A stretch of 63,056 bases of DNA, the filler included, from Octopus bimaculoides (lineage: Eukaryota): the NCBI RefSeq assembly GCF_001194135.2. It is 5 parts of 5 records of this genome, joined end to end, with 100 filler letters (N's around TTAATTAATTAA, not from the genome) between each part and the next. Parts side by side here need not be neighbours in the genome. Positions count along the whole stretch, not along the records: positions 19,213 to 28,105 come from NC_068983.1; positions 28,206 to 57,284 come from NC_068984.1; 3 more parts are not named here. One strand, written 5' to 3'. Position numbers and translations under genes: made by a program. The stretch's first letter is position 1. Each line of letters begins with the position of its first letter. This document shows positions 23,879 through 35,836 of the stretch, piece after piece. Under the pieces are notes generated by a model. That model was not told where the DNA came from and did not search any database. It worked only from the letters and a program-made list of their open reading frames with translations.

Positions 23879-24815
23879 TTTCTTTATTGCCCACCGGGGG
23901 CTAAAAATAGAGGTGACAAACAAAACATGTGGGACATAAAATATATATAAAAAATAAAATGAATGTTATAACGTATGAAGACATGAAAATGCTAAAATGG
24001 AAATGGAACCACTCGCCCCACTTACGAGTGGCCTCATTTTCTACTTTTGAAATCCTGAACCTTCCAACACATCGATACCTGTTTCCTCCATCCACCCATC
24101 GTACGTAGTAAATCCTGGGAATGAACTCCAGCTGCAGTCCACCTCCCAAAAATAAAATCCAACCATATACTCTTGTATTTTTACCTCTTGCCTCTTATCT
24201 GGTATTACACACAAGTGATGTTCCTCCATGTTATCAAACCCCGCAGTTCCAATACACTTTATGTCTCATTCCGCCGTATCCTTTAACAGTTCGTCGCTAA
24301 GCAACTTATATATCCTACACTTTTCCCCTCTCTTTTTTGACTTGGGGGAGGGGTTTTGGGTTTCTTTGTATGTGTTTGCTTCTTGTTTTTGTGTCGGATG
24401 GGAATAGATAGGTTTAGTGTCTACAGGGAGTGTGTGCGTCTGAGAGGGTGTGGGTGGAATGGGTGTGGAATGGGGTTTACAGTTTAGCTCACTTGCCTTT
24501 TTTTGTTTTTCCCTGTTACATTTTCCCATTTATTTTTTCCTATTTCCGCTACTTTCTTTTCTTTTTCGGTTACTTCCTTTCTGCGGCTCTCTTCTATCTT
24601 CTCTTCCGTATTTTCTGGTCGCTTTTTTCTTGGTTTTGATGCACATTCTGCTCTTATGTGTCCCTTCAGGCCACATTTAAAGCAGCGTGGAACTCTTCCT
24701 TCCACTCTGACAGTCATAATTGTTTCTTCCATAATTATTGTTTCCGTAATGTTTTCCATCGTTTCTTTTGAACCCTGGACTATCATCTCCAGTGATTGAC
24801 CTCTCCAGTTGACGC
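23879..24815 (-). mobile_element. 5'-truncated L1/Tx1-ORF1-like (gag zinc knuckle) retroelement with no RT before its 3' end
   Basis: TVRVEGRVPRCFKCGLKGHIRAEC (CX2CX4HX4C), a Lys/Glu-rich linker, then a frameshifted C-terminal region ending ...GIDVLEGSGFQK* at 24041 (one internal TGA), about 160 nt of 3' UTR, and an AATAAAGAAA end. Confidence 0.75.
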
Positions 24816-24935
24816 ACTCTTTGGTCGGCTGGAGATTATAGCAGAAGACACTTGTCCACAATGCCATGCAGTGGGACTGAACCTGGAACCATGTGTTTGG
24901 GAAGCAAGCTTTTTCACACAGCCACACCTGCACCT
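24816..24935 (-). mobile_element. SINE family B head abutting the zinc-knuckle element
   Basis: Minus strand reads GTGGCTGTGTG..GCTTGCTTCCCAAACACATGGTTCCAGGTTCAGTCCCACTGC..CAAGTGTCTTCTGCTATA..GCCGACCAAAG and then switches to ORF1 sequence. Confidence 0.8.
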
Positions 24936-24945
24936 GCATTATAAA

Positions 24946-25835
24946 CGAAGTGGGATCAGAAAGTTCCCGGATTAGTTACGTTTAATAGCAAATAACTTAC
25001 TTAAGCTTTAACACCATCCCCTTCGATATAGTCATCTTGTGCAGCACCACAGTGGTTCCAGTGTCCCTGTCACATTTGGAATCCAGCCTGGAAGTCGTTT
25101 TCCGTAAGCGAGTCGATCTTCTGCGATTCGCTTCGGATCCCGACAACGGTGTTAAAACGGCGACCTTTGAGCTGCATTTCCATCTTGGGGAAGAGCTGGA
25201 AGTGCGCAGGTGCTAAATTTGGCGAATGGGGGGTGGGTTCAGAAGCGATACCTTGTTATTTTTGGCGAGAAACTCACGAGTGAGGAGAGTTCGTTGACAG
25301 GGTGCATTGTCGTCGTGAAGAATGCAAATTCTTCGCGTTCCACAGATTCAGTCGCTTTTCTCGAATGTCCTCTCTCAAACGCTTCAAGATGTCGCAGTAG
25401 AACTCTCGATTGATGGTTTGGCTTTGGAGCATGGATTCTCGAAGCACAATACCGCCGATGTAAAAAAAAAAAAAAAAGCGATGAGCACGCTCTTGATCGA
25501 GCTGTGGCCCTGTCATGCGCCCGTGCCACTCATTGCTTCGTCGCCATAAGCTTGCCGAAGCATGCTCTATGTCTCCGTAGTAGACTTCTTAAGTTTAACG
25601 CAAAATTTCACGTTGGCTCTTTGTTCCAACTTCCTGTCCATGACAAAAATCGCAATCTACAGCACACACATGATCACAAAAACACAAATTTCACGACTTG
25701 CGAAGTAAACAGAGAGATGTTACTCGGCACACTGCTTCATGAAGTTTACTGCTGGATCTCACTGCCCATGAACCGTGTGCTGTCATCTGTTGGTGCGCTA
25801 CAGAACTAGTCTGGAAACATTTTCCTACCACCTCG
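24946..25835 (-). mobile_element. Internally deleted mariner (about 890 bp) with both TIRs
   Basis: Termini CGAAGTGGGATCAGAAAGTTCCCGGATTAG and CTAGTCTGGAAACATTTTCCTACCACCTCG-TA; translation EQRANVKFCVKLK..TETL..MLRQAYGDEAMS fused to FFYIGGIVLRE..QTINREFYCDILKRLRE and LKGRRFNT. Confidence 0.85.
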
Positions 25836-25903
25836 TATGTAATATATATGTATAATATATCTAATAATCAAATTGTATATTTAATATGCACTTCTGTTAC
25901 GCG

Positions 25904-27295
25904 TGTAGGGCAGGATTTATGGTAGACGAACTGTAGACAGGAATTTCGCTGTGGGTGAGCTAGGCAGCTGGTATACAGCAAGATAGACTTCCATTTAAGC
26001 AGGCTTCGAGAGGCAGAGGTAACTGGCGGCTGTCGCCTGCTGACCACTACCCCATTTCGCACATACAAGATTTCTCAGCCCAGCTAGCCGGGAGCTCAAT
26101 TTTCTCGAAGGTCGACCTCACAACATACCAGTACAAGACGACGATGTACCGAAAACCGCTGTGATCACTCCTTTCGGTCTGTATGAATTCCTACGTACGC
26201 CCTTTGGCCTAAAAAACACAGCACATCCTTCCAACGCTTGATGGACACCGCGTGCAGGGGTCTTGATTTTGTCTTCGCACATTTAGATGATATCCTTATC
26301 GCAATCCAAAATGCGGAGCTACAGAAGAACCACCTAGTGACTCTTTTTGATAGACTGGAACAGTATGGTCTAGTAATCAACCCCGCCGAGTGTGTTTTTG
26401 GTGTTACAGAAATCGATTTTTTGGGACATCGAATCACAATTCATCTCAAAGCAGTGGAATGACATGTGTGACCTTTTTGGAACCGCGCTACAGCCTACCA
26501 TCCACAAGCCAACGGGTTAGTGAAGAGATTTCACCGCCACCTGAAGGAATCCTTGACAACCAGATTTAACCGGCCCAACTGGATTGATCCACTCTAATGG
26601 GTGATGCAGGAAATCCGCACCACCCCAAAAGAAAATCTCAACACTTCCTCCGCAGAAATGGTGTATGGTACCCCTCTTACAGTGCCACCAACGTTCCTTC
26701 CGAATACGAAGTCAGATCCGGATGTCAAAAGGTACCTTGCTCAGCTGAGAAACAGCGTGGGTCAGTTGTGCCCGATTCCCATGTCAACATACGGTACACC
26801 CAGATCATTCGTACCAAACGACCTCTGGACGGCTAACTTTGTGTTCGTTCGACGTGACAAACGACGAAAACCCCTTACGATGGTCCATATGAAGTCATAC
26901 GTCCGGAAGACAAATCATTTGAACTCCTAATTGGCGTACGACCGGCCCATCTTGATATTGACAGCCCTGTTTAGGTAGCCCAACCACCAAACAGGGTCCG
27001 CCCCAGGCAGATTACACCAACCCTTGGCAAGGAACAGTCACCAAAGAGCCGAAGGCTTTCTCGGAAACAGTTCTGGTGGGGAGCTATGAAGGACAAGATT
27101 TATGACAGACGAACTGAACTTCGCTGCAGGCTAGCTAGGGAGCTGGTCTGCTGTGAGGTAGACTTCCGGTTGAGCGGGCTTCGAGAGGCAGAAGTAACTG
27201 GCGGTTGTCACCCTGATGTACTTAAAGAAATAAATGTTTCACTAACGAATTCTCGTCTCCATGAGTTTATTTGTGTATAGCCTCGCAAAGCTATA
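25904..27295 (+). mobile_element. Deleted Ty3/Gypsy LTR retrotransposon with CGCG TSD
   Basis: Truncated 5' LTR 25904 to about 26045; RT remnant KTAVITPFGLYEFLRTPFGLKN..HLDDILIA; integrase remnant AYHPQANGLVKRFHRHLK..IRTTPKENLNTSSAEMVYG; PPT GGTGGGGAGCTA; 3' LTR 27087-27295 (TG...TA); CGCG at 25900-25903 and 27296-27299. Confidence 0.9.
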
Positions 27296-27699
27296 CGCGC
27301 ATGATTCCCCTGTCGGTGGAAAAATTGTCTTGTATGGAACCGTTTCATGGTGCAAGACGGTCGGGAACTGCTGACTTAGAGTGTCCTGAATGCTGAAGTA
27401 CAATGCACAGATCTTTAGTATACTATGGTATCGCATGGTGGAACACCAAACTATATGCACCAAGACGTTTATTTATGATATATATGTAACCTCAATCCCT
27501 AGGTCATCAATTATCGAGCAGATTTAGGAGCAAAGGCGGTCCGATTATGACTATCTCATGTTATATGTTTAAACAGTGTATCTAAGATTACAGACACAAA
27601 TGTGTCTTGCATTTAATTGCAGACAGTAAGATTTGAATTGAGGGAGATTTGGCTGGGGTTTCTAGTACATTGAACGACCACGTATCTGCTTCTAGCAAT

Positions 27700-27782
27700 G
27701 GTAATGACAATGGTGATGATGGTAGTGGTCTTGGTGTTGGTGATGGTTGTGGTGCTAATGTTGAAGGTGATGATGACGATGG

Positions 27783-27818
<36 letters not shown>

Positions 27819-28105
27819 CGATGACGACGACGACGATGATGATGATGATGATGACGACGACGACGACGACGATGATGATGATGATGATGATGATGATGAC
27901 GACGACGACGATGATGATGATGATGATGATGATGAGGATGATGACAATGATGACGACGACGATGATGATGATGATGATGATGATGACGACGACGATGATG
28001 ATGATGATGATGATGATGACGATGATGATGATGATGACGATGATGACGACGACGATGATGATGATGACGATGATGACGACGACGATGATGATGATGATGA
28101 TGATG
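27700..28105. repeat. (GAT/GAC)n compound microsatellite
   Basis: Direct reading; runs into an assembly spacer. Confidence 0.95.
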
Positions 28106-28206
28106 NNNNNNNNNNNNNNNNNNNNNNNNNNNNNNNNNNNNNNNNNNNNTTAATTAATTAANNNNNNNNNNNNNNNNNNNNNNNNNNNNNNNNNNNNNNN
28201 NNNNNA

Positions 28207-28540
28207 AGCACTAGTCTAATCTTAAGTACTCTGTCACTTACTCTAACTACCTCGATTACCTTATCCACCCATTTCTCTGCTAGTCTGCTAGAAGTATTCC
28301 TACGCCCCCGACCCCGTCAGTGTTCCCTGCCCAGAAAATCTTGTACCTGTGTTCTTTGCCTGTGAGGAACTTCGCAGAACCTCCTATCCATCTTACTTCC
28401 TGGATGCAGCACATATCTACGCGTCTCCATTCAAGCATCTCAACAATTTCACCAGATCTACCTTTCAGCGTGCCGACGTTGAGAGTGCCAATCCTAACAG
28501 TATGGGTGTTGGGGGTGTGGGCCTGTAGCCTGGAAGGGGA
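28207..28540 (-). mobile_element. RTE-clade LINE 5' fragment (APE endonuclease N-terminus)
   Basis: VRIGTLNVGTLKGRSGEIVEMLEWRRVDMCCIQEVRWIGGSAKFL..YKIFWAGNTDGVGGVGILLA continuing into KWVDKVIEVVRVSDRVLKIRLV. Confidence 0.9.
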
Positions 28541-28850
28541 AAAGCAGTGTCGTGTACTTGTAAAAAGAGCTTGCAATTGGCAGAATTCATAAGCAAAACA
28601 GTACCTACAACCAGCAACATTACACAAACTTTATGCGCTACATATACACACATATATACGTCGTGGTGGTGGTGGTGGTGGATAGTGCATGTGTGTGCAT
28701 GACATGTTAATAGTATACAATAGCTGCATTGTGTCAGATCAAATACCGTTGTTTGCTACATAAAATTAATATGACAGATGGACATAGAATTATTTATCAA
28801 GATAAGCATTTAAAGTACATGTCATTAGCAAAAACATCAAGTTCATCACC

Positions 28851-28884
<34 letters not shown>

Positions 28885-29347
28885 TCAGTTTGTGCCAGCT
28901 TCCCATGCTGGAGTGATGTGGATGGGTCATCATAGTTTGAATCAGTTGTTATTTGACATTGCTACCTTCCTGGATGATTTGGCATTTTTTCCTATGGCTG
29001 GTTGATTGGATGCAGTTTCTAACACCGGTCGTTTTGCACAACGTACTGAATGTATTTTACCTTAGCATCAAGCACTAGTGAGGTTGCCTTATACTCTGTA
29101 AATCTAAAGAATCCTCTTCACTTTGCAATGCTTTCATACTTTAAAAGTGAAATTGACCAAAATTGTGAATAAAAATAACAAATAAAAGACAAAAGTAATG
29201 ATCAGAAGGATGCAAGAAAAGAAAGGATGAACATGAAGGTAATAGGGGTGGAAACAGAGTGATGCAATGGTAGGGGAGGGAGTAATAGAAGAGAGATAAT
29301 GATAGTCACATGCTGGTTGTCAGCAAGATGATTGCATAGGAACATGT

Positions 29348-29570
29348 CTGGTAAGTTCACCATCATCTGCAGGGAAAGTTCACCATCATCAATTTACTGC
29401 AGGGAAATTTCATCATCATCAATTTACAGTTCTTTTTTTTTTCAATAAAATAGATTTTAACTATTAATGGTGTGATACTATGAATATACTTTCTCGGTAA
29501 AACTTTCCTCGCGTGAACTTTCTCATGGTGAACTTTCTCCACAGTGAATTGATGGTAGTGAACTCACCTG
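29348..29570. mobile_element. MITE-like element with subterminal repeats
   Basis: CTGGTAAGTTCACCATC versus GATGGTAGTGAACTCACCTG-TA; internal GAAAGTTCACC repeats on the left and GTGAACTTTC repeats on the right. Confidence 0.5.
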
Positions 29571-30267
29571 TAATTGCATAAGAAACAGAATGAGAAGTAT
29601 GAAATATGCAATCACTGTTCTCATTTTTAACACCATCACATTGCTGAAAATTAGGTCTCCGGATCCATTTAAACCACTTCTATGACAGTAACATCAATCC
29701 AACTTGTTACATCCATGTTTCCTATAAACTGTAGCTAAGACAACTGATTTCTTTGGTTTCAGGTTTCTGTCTTTGGTTCAGAAGATCTTAGTATGAAGTG
29801 ACTGCCATTGTAGCAGTTTCTTTGGGCTGTTTTAAATCTGATTTAATTTCAATGAATTTTTATATTTTATAGTGAATTATAAATGATGCAGAGCTGGTAG
29901 AGTGCTGTTCAAAATATCTGCTGTTATTTAAACTCTTTGATTTAGATTTTAAATCTCTCTTGAGGTGATTTAGCTTTCCATGATTCTGGGGCTCGATAAA
30001 ATAAGATAAAATAAAGGTAACAATAATGATAGGTCAAGGTAAGAGATAACAGGTGACGGATAGAGATGAACACTGGTGAGAATGATAAATGTCAATGAAG
30101 CAAGGCAAGGGTAAAAAGAATCGGCATTACAATTAGTGGCATTGGATTCTAATAGTAGGAAGTATTGAATATGGATAGTTAGTAGTGGTTGGCATTGTAA
30201 AGTGGTCATAAGTTCAATTCCCAGCAGTGCGTTGTGTTCTTGAGCAAGGCACTTTATTTCCCCATTG

Positions 30268-30598
30268 ACTGGCTGCCGTGCTGGTGGCACGTAAAAAGCA
30301 CCATCTGAACATGGTCGATGCCAGTGCCCCCTGACTGGCTCCTTTGCCAGTGGCATGTAAAAAGCATCATCTGAACATGGTCGATGCCAGTGTCACCTGA
30401 CTGGTTCCCATGCCGGTGGCATGTAAAAAGAACCCACCACACTCCCAGAGTGGTTGGCGTTAGGAAAGGCATCCAGCTGTAGAAACATTGTCAGATCAAA
30501 TTCGAGCCTAGTGCAGCCCACTGGCTTGCCAGACCTCAGTCAAACCGTTCCAACCCATGCCAGCATGGAAAACGGACGTTAAGCAATGATGATGATGA
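30268..30598 (+). mobile_element. RTE 3' UTR (family A) with 3 internal units; a shorter tail copy follows at 30730-30875
   Basis: Tandem ACATGGTCGATGCCAGTG..TGACTGG units, then the family A tail. Confidence 0.8.
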
Positions 30599-31317
30599 CG
30601 CTCCAGTTCACGTAGCTGGCAAAAAGGATTTGAACTTGTAATTTAATGAGCCAGCCTTGTCATATTCTGCATCATGCTGAATCTTCCTGAGACTTACGTT
30701 AAGATTATGCATTCAGGGTACATGATAGGAAGGCAACCAGCCATAAAATCCATGGCAAAGCAGGACATTGGAGCTTGATGCAGTCCTTAAACACATTGGT
30801 TCCTGTCAAACCATCCAACCCATGCCAGCATGGAACATGGACATTAAATGATGATGATGATGATGATGATGACAATGATTTGTCACTCTGTAATTGCCCT
30901 AGATATCATGAATGAAGAGAGATAGAGTGCTATGAGAGTGAAAGTGAAAGTGCTGTAGAGAGATAGCAGATAATGCTGGTGGGATTGAATAAAGCAGATA
31001 AAATAAGAACTATTATCAAAGTCTTGACTACCTGAAACTTTTTATAAAGCTGGTTATAATACATCCTTCTTGTTTTAAGACAATAAGATGTGTTTTGAGG
31101 GAGATTGAGCTGCTACATCTAGCCTGGTGAGCAATCATGTAAATGCTCCCTTGTTGGCTCAATTGTTGATTGTAGTTATGTTGCTATTGTTGCTTAACCC
31201 TGGGTCAGCCCTAACTGAGCAGACATTCCAGCCATGACCTTCTCATCTCTTTTGTATATCAGGAACTGCATTTTCCCACATATCCTATTTTTAAGATAGT
31301 AGGGTGTGATTTACTCT

Positions 31318-31700
31318 TTTACTCTTTTACTTGTTTCAGTCATTTGACTGTGGCCATGCTGGAGCACCGCCTTTAGTCAAGCAAATCGACCCTAGGACTT
31401 ATTCTTTGTAAGCCTAGTACTTATTCTATCGGTCTCTTTTACTGAACTGCTAAGTTACAGGGACGTAAACACACCAGCATCGGTTGTCAAGCAATGTTGG
31501 GGGGACAAACACAGACACACAAACATATACACACACATACACATATGTATATACATATATACGACGGGCTTCTTTCAGTTTCCGTCTACCAAATCCACTC
31601 ACAAGGCTTTGGCCGGCCCAAGGCTATAGTAGAAGACACTTGCTCAAGGTGCCATGCAGTGGGACTGAACCCAGAACAATGTGGTTGGTAAGCAAGCTAC
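31318..31700 (-). mobile_element. Near full-length SINE family B
   Basis: Reverse complement of the family B body and tail, truncated within the A-box region. Confidence 0.9.
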
Positions 31701-32275
31701 TTAGTGATTTGGTAGAGATTTTTTTTTTATTATTTATAACAGGTCAGGTAATCATGTAGAAACTTCCTGGTGTTGTTTTTGCTTAGCAACAAATAACCCT
31801 GAGTAAGCAAACCTAAGATCAAACACATTCCAGCTTTCACCATCCTTCCTATGATGACAGTAAGAGCATATGGCTTAGTGGTTAGTGTATTTGGCTTATA
31901 ATCATAAGCTTATGAGTTCAATACTCAGTGGTGCACTATATCACGCTGCTCCAGTCCATACTCAGCCGACGAAAGTGGGTTGTACCAGCAATTCAGTGGG
32001 CCAGCTTTGTCACATTCAGAGTGTCACACTGAATCTCCCTGAGACTTATATTAAACCCATGTATATGCCCATCAAAAAAATGAAGTTTTAAAATTTCACC
32101 ATATTTGGATTAAACATTATTTTTTTTTTTTTTTCCTGCAAAATAGGGGTAGTTTATCCTGTTCAGGCTGTATTATTAGCATTATACGTTTGTCGTAATT
32201 TGAATTTAACATATGATAGTGTCTCATAAAGCGAGATTTCTATACATCTTAAATTTGAAGAGGAAAATGTAGTGG

Positions 32276-32349
32276 GGGAGTTTGGCTCAATCGGTCAGAG
32301 CAGCGTGACGCGTAATCACGGAGATGTGAGTTCGAGTCCACAGCTAACC
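32276..32349 (+). pseudogene. tRNA-like sequence (anticodon CGT, Thr-like), probably a pseudogene or SINE head
   Basis: D stem GCTC/GAGC, anticodon stem CGTGA/TCACG with loop CGCGTAA, T loop TTCGAGT; acceptor stem 5/7, T stem lacks one base, G at position 33. Confidence 0.5.
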
Positions 32350-33544
32350 ACCTACACTTTTTTCTGAAAAATAGGGGTAGATTATCCTGTTCAGGCTATA
32401 TTATTAGCATTATCCTGCATTTGAGAATTTAAAATCACTTCTTTAACTTTCTAAGACATCTCAACGCTTCTATTTACGTTTGTCGTAATTTGAATTTATT
32501 ATGATAAGCTTTCACACAATCTGGAAGAGAAAGACAGTATGTAACTGTTAGCTACGGGTGTCGACTACCTACTGGACATTTCATATGCTCAGTCAGATGC
32601 TTCCTGGTGAGTTCATGTCCAAACAAATAGGAGCAGGTATTGCATTGCGAAAACGCAATCAGGGGTATATATGGGTTAAGGGTATGCATATCTGTGGAGT
32701 GGTCAGCTGCTTGCACATAAATTTTACAAACAAAGCCATTCTGTTGAGCAAATCAACTGGAACCCTTTTCATCATAACCGACGGAGTATCCAGTTTATGA
32801 TGACAGTTGTCTGTTATGAAAGTGGTGGTGGTGGTGGTGGTGGTGGCGGCGGCGGCGGCAGTGGCGGTGGTGGTGGTGGTGGCGGTTGTTGTTCTTGTTA
32901 ATGATTCCTAATTATTGGAGAGAAACATATTCTTCCTTTTGAAAATTAACTTTAAACAACTTGGGAGCTTAAAGTATCCAGCTTCGATAAATCATAAACA
33001 TTGACTGGTTCCAATCATTTGGTTCTTATTGTTGTCATTGTTCTTAATTAATTAAAGTCACTATTTATAATTAATTAGGAATTGAAACTGGAATTATTTT
33101 TTAAAGACTTACAAAATTTTCATCATATTTTTTTTGTTATTTTCTTTTTTTATATTTATTTCTACAAGTCTCATTTCTCCATTTATCTTTGTCATTATAA
33201 AAACAAAAAACAAAAAAAAATGCCAAATGAAATGGCATGGAATGGAAGAGACATTCAGGTTTTAGTTTCCTCAGGTACTTGATCTTTATTTTTCTCTGTT
33301 GCTATCTCTCTCCTTTTTTTATTTCACTGTATTAACTGTTGACTAAGACAAATTATTAGCTTCAAGAGCATTTATTACAACTTTCAGTAAAGTTATAATT
33401 TCAATCTGATGGCTGTTTCAAAGTATCAAGTGGGGGTAACTGTTATTGTGGCTAATTTTATTTTCATTTTTTTTTTCCTTTTTTGTATGCGAATTTTATT
33501 ATTATCATTATTATTATTATGATTATTACTATTATTTATAAGAA

Positions 33545-33930
33545 ACATTTCTTCCAGCTCTTTATGCTCCGAGTTCAAATGCTGACGAGATTGACTTTGC
33601 CTTTCATCCATTTGACTTTTATAAAATAAGTACCATTTGAGCACAAGAGCTCAAAGAAATCAATGAAACTCCTCCCCCAAAATTTTAGGCCTTGTGCATA
33701 TAGGAGAAAGAATTATTATTACCATTAAGGTAGCAAGCTGGCAGGATTGTTAGCATACTGGGTAGAATGCTTAGTGGCATTTCCTCTGTCTTTATGTACT
33801 GTGTTCAAATTCTGCCAATGTCAACTTTTGTCTTTCATGCTTTCAGGGTCAATGAAATAGTACCAGTTGAGTACCTTCCCCAAAATTTTAGGCCTTGTGC
33901 CTATAGTAGAAATTATTGTTATTATTATTA
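33545..33930 (+). mobile_element. Two degenerate SINE family C copies with the ...GGCCTTGTGCCTATAGTAGAAA(TTA)n tail type
   Basis: GAGTTCAAAT..GACTTTGCCTTTCATCC core followed by AAAATTTTAGGCCTTGTGC tails. Confidence 0.7.
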
Positions 33931-34375
33931 TTTATTGTCTTTGCACAGCTTCTAATGCTGGAGATGTACTACGGTGTCAGCTGTTCACTACCAGTGAACT
34001 AAAGTAACACACCTTATTTTTTGATTACCATCAGTGCTGTTTTCTGCAAGTGCTCCACCCTTATTGCAGCCCCTATTTGTTCCATGTACTTCTCAAGATT
34101 TTTTACTCACTGTTCCCAGGGCTACGACAATTATTGGTACTACTGCCACTTTTTTCATCGGTCACAACTGCTTAACCTCCCAAGCTAACTTGTTATATCT
34201 CTCGACTTTTCTTTCTTCCTTATTGCACACCTCGTCTTTAGCTGGGCATGCTACATCTACGATCCAGCATCACTTGCTTTCTTTCTCAATAAACACTATG
34301 TCTGGTTTCCTATTCTCTATCTCATGGTCACACTGAATCATAAAATCCCATGAAGGCATCATCAAAAATCATCCA
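33931..34375 (-). mobile_element. R4/Dong-clade LINE 3' fragment (restriction-like endonuclease)
   Basis: WDFMIQCDHEIENRKPDIVFIEKESK*CWIVDVACP..KVERYNKLAWEVKQL..VVPIIVVALGTVSK..LQKTAL; flanked on both sides by (TTA)n. Confidence 0.85.
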
Positions 34376-34382
34376 TTATTAC

Positions 34383-34423
<41 letters not shown>

Positions 34424-35151
34424 GTAAATCATTACAGTATTGATGAGAATGCCACACAGCAAATGTTTCAAATATCTGTACCCTGAGTTCAAATCCCAAT
34501 GTGGTAAACATTCTTTTTATTGCAACAGGGTGGTGGAACCATTAGAACATTGGACAAAATGCTTATTGACGTTACTTGTGGATCATCATATTCTGTGTTA
34601 AATTTCCACCAAGGTCATCATCATTACTTGTTGAAGATATACTTGTTTTGCTTCACTCTCTCGATATTTTTCATTTTATCAAGATTTCTATTTTGAAAAT
34701 AATTCCTTTTGAGATTATTTTGCCAATAAAGGGCTTCAGGAAGTTTTGGACATATGCCCCATTACTTTTAGATGTACAAGAAAAGTATGTCTTTTAAATA
34801 TTTAATGCAAGACAAAAGAAAAATGTTTATTTATTAATTATTAACAATGTCTTCTTTCTATGAGGCACATCAAAGCAATGGTCTTTTTAAGGCATGTGCA
34901 GACTGTTAAGGTGCCCATTGCTGATCTATGTATGTTCTGCTTTTGTAAGTAAGGTCCACAATGCATTGCTCTATCTGGGAGCCTATAATTTTATCAAGAT
35001 GGCCATGGATGTAAGAGATTCCAACCACAAAGTTGGTAGCTGTATGCAAACCCACTACAATCTCGAAAAAATTTGAGATTGTAAATAGTAAATATCATCA
35101 TCATCATCATCATCATCATACTTATTTTGCATCATTTATATACAACATATA

Positions 35152-35253
<102 letters not shown>

Positions 35254-35354
35254 GTATATATATACTAAATACAAAATAAAAGATATCATCAACATCACCA
35301 TCATCATCATCATCATCATACTTATTTTACATCCAAATATTTACCATATATATT

Positions 35355-35387
<33 letters not shown>

Positions 35388-35462
35388 GTATACATACACA
35401 CATACATACATATATACATACATATATATACATACATACATACATATATATACATACATATA

Positions 35463-35517
<55 letters not shown>

Positions 35518-35797
35518 GGATGTCGGTATAACTGTGAGGGTGGGAGGTATATGTAAGTATGTAAGTGCATGGGGGAAAATATGTAATTTTGATTATGGTT
35601 ATATGTGTACAAGTGTATATGTGAATGCATGTAAGGTGTATGTAATGTGAGTCTATGTATGTTATGCATGTGTGTGTACGTGCATGTATGTATCTGTGAA
35701 TGTATGTGTGTGTGTGTGAGCATGTAACGTCTATGTGTATTTGTGCATGTCAAGGATTGTGTAAGAGAATTGAGTGTTTCTGTGGTTTGTATGTGTA

Positions 35798-35836
<39 letters not shown>

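Noticed and set aside
27649-28161. 170-aa poly-Asp ORF resembling acidic biomineralisation proteins
   Set aside because: It starts within a family E repeat, has no signal peptide, consists of a GAT/GAC microsatellite and ends in an assembly spacer.
32276-32349. Functional tRNA-Thr(CGT) gene
   Set aside because: Two acceptor-stem mismatches, a T-stem deletion and G33 argue against function.
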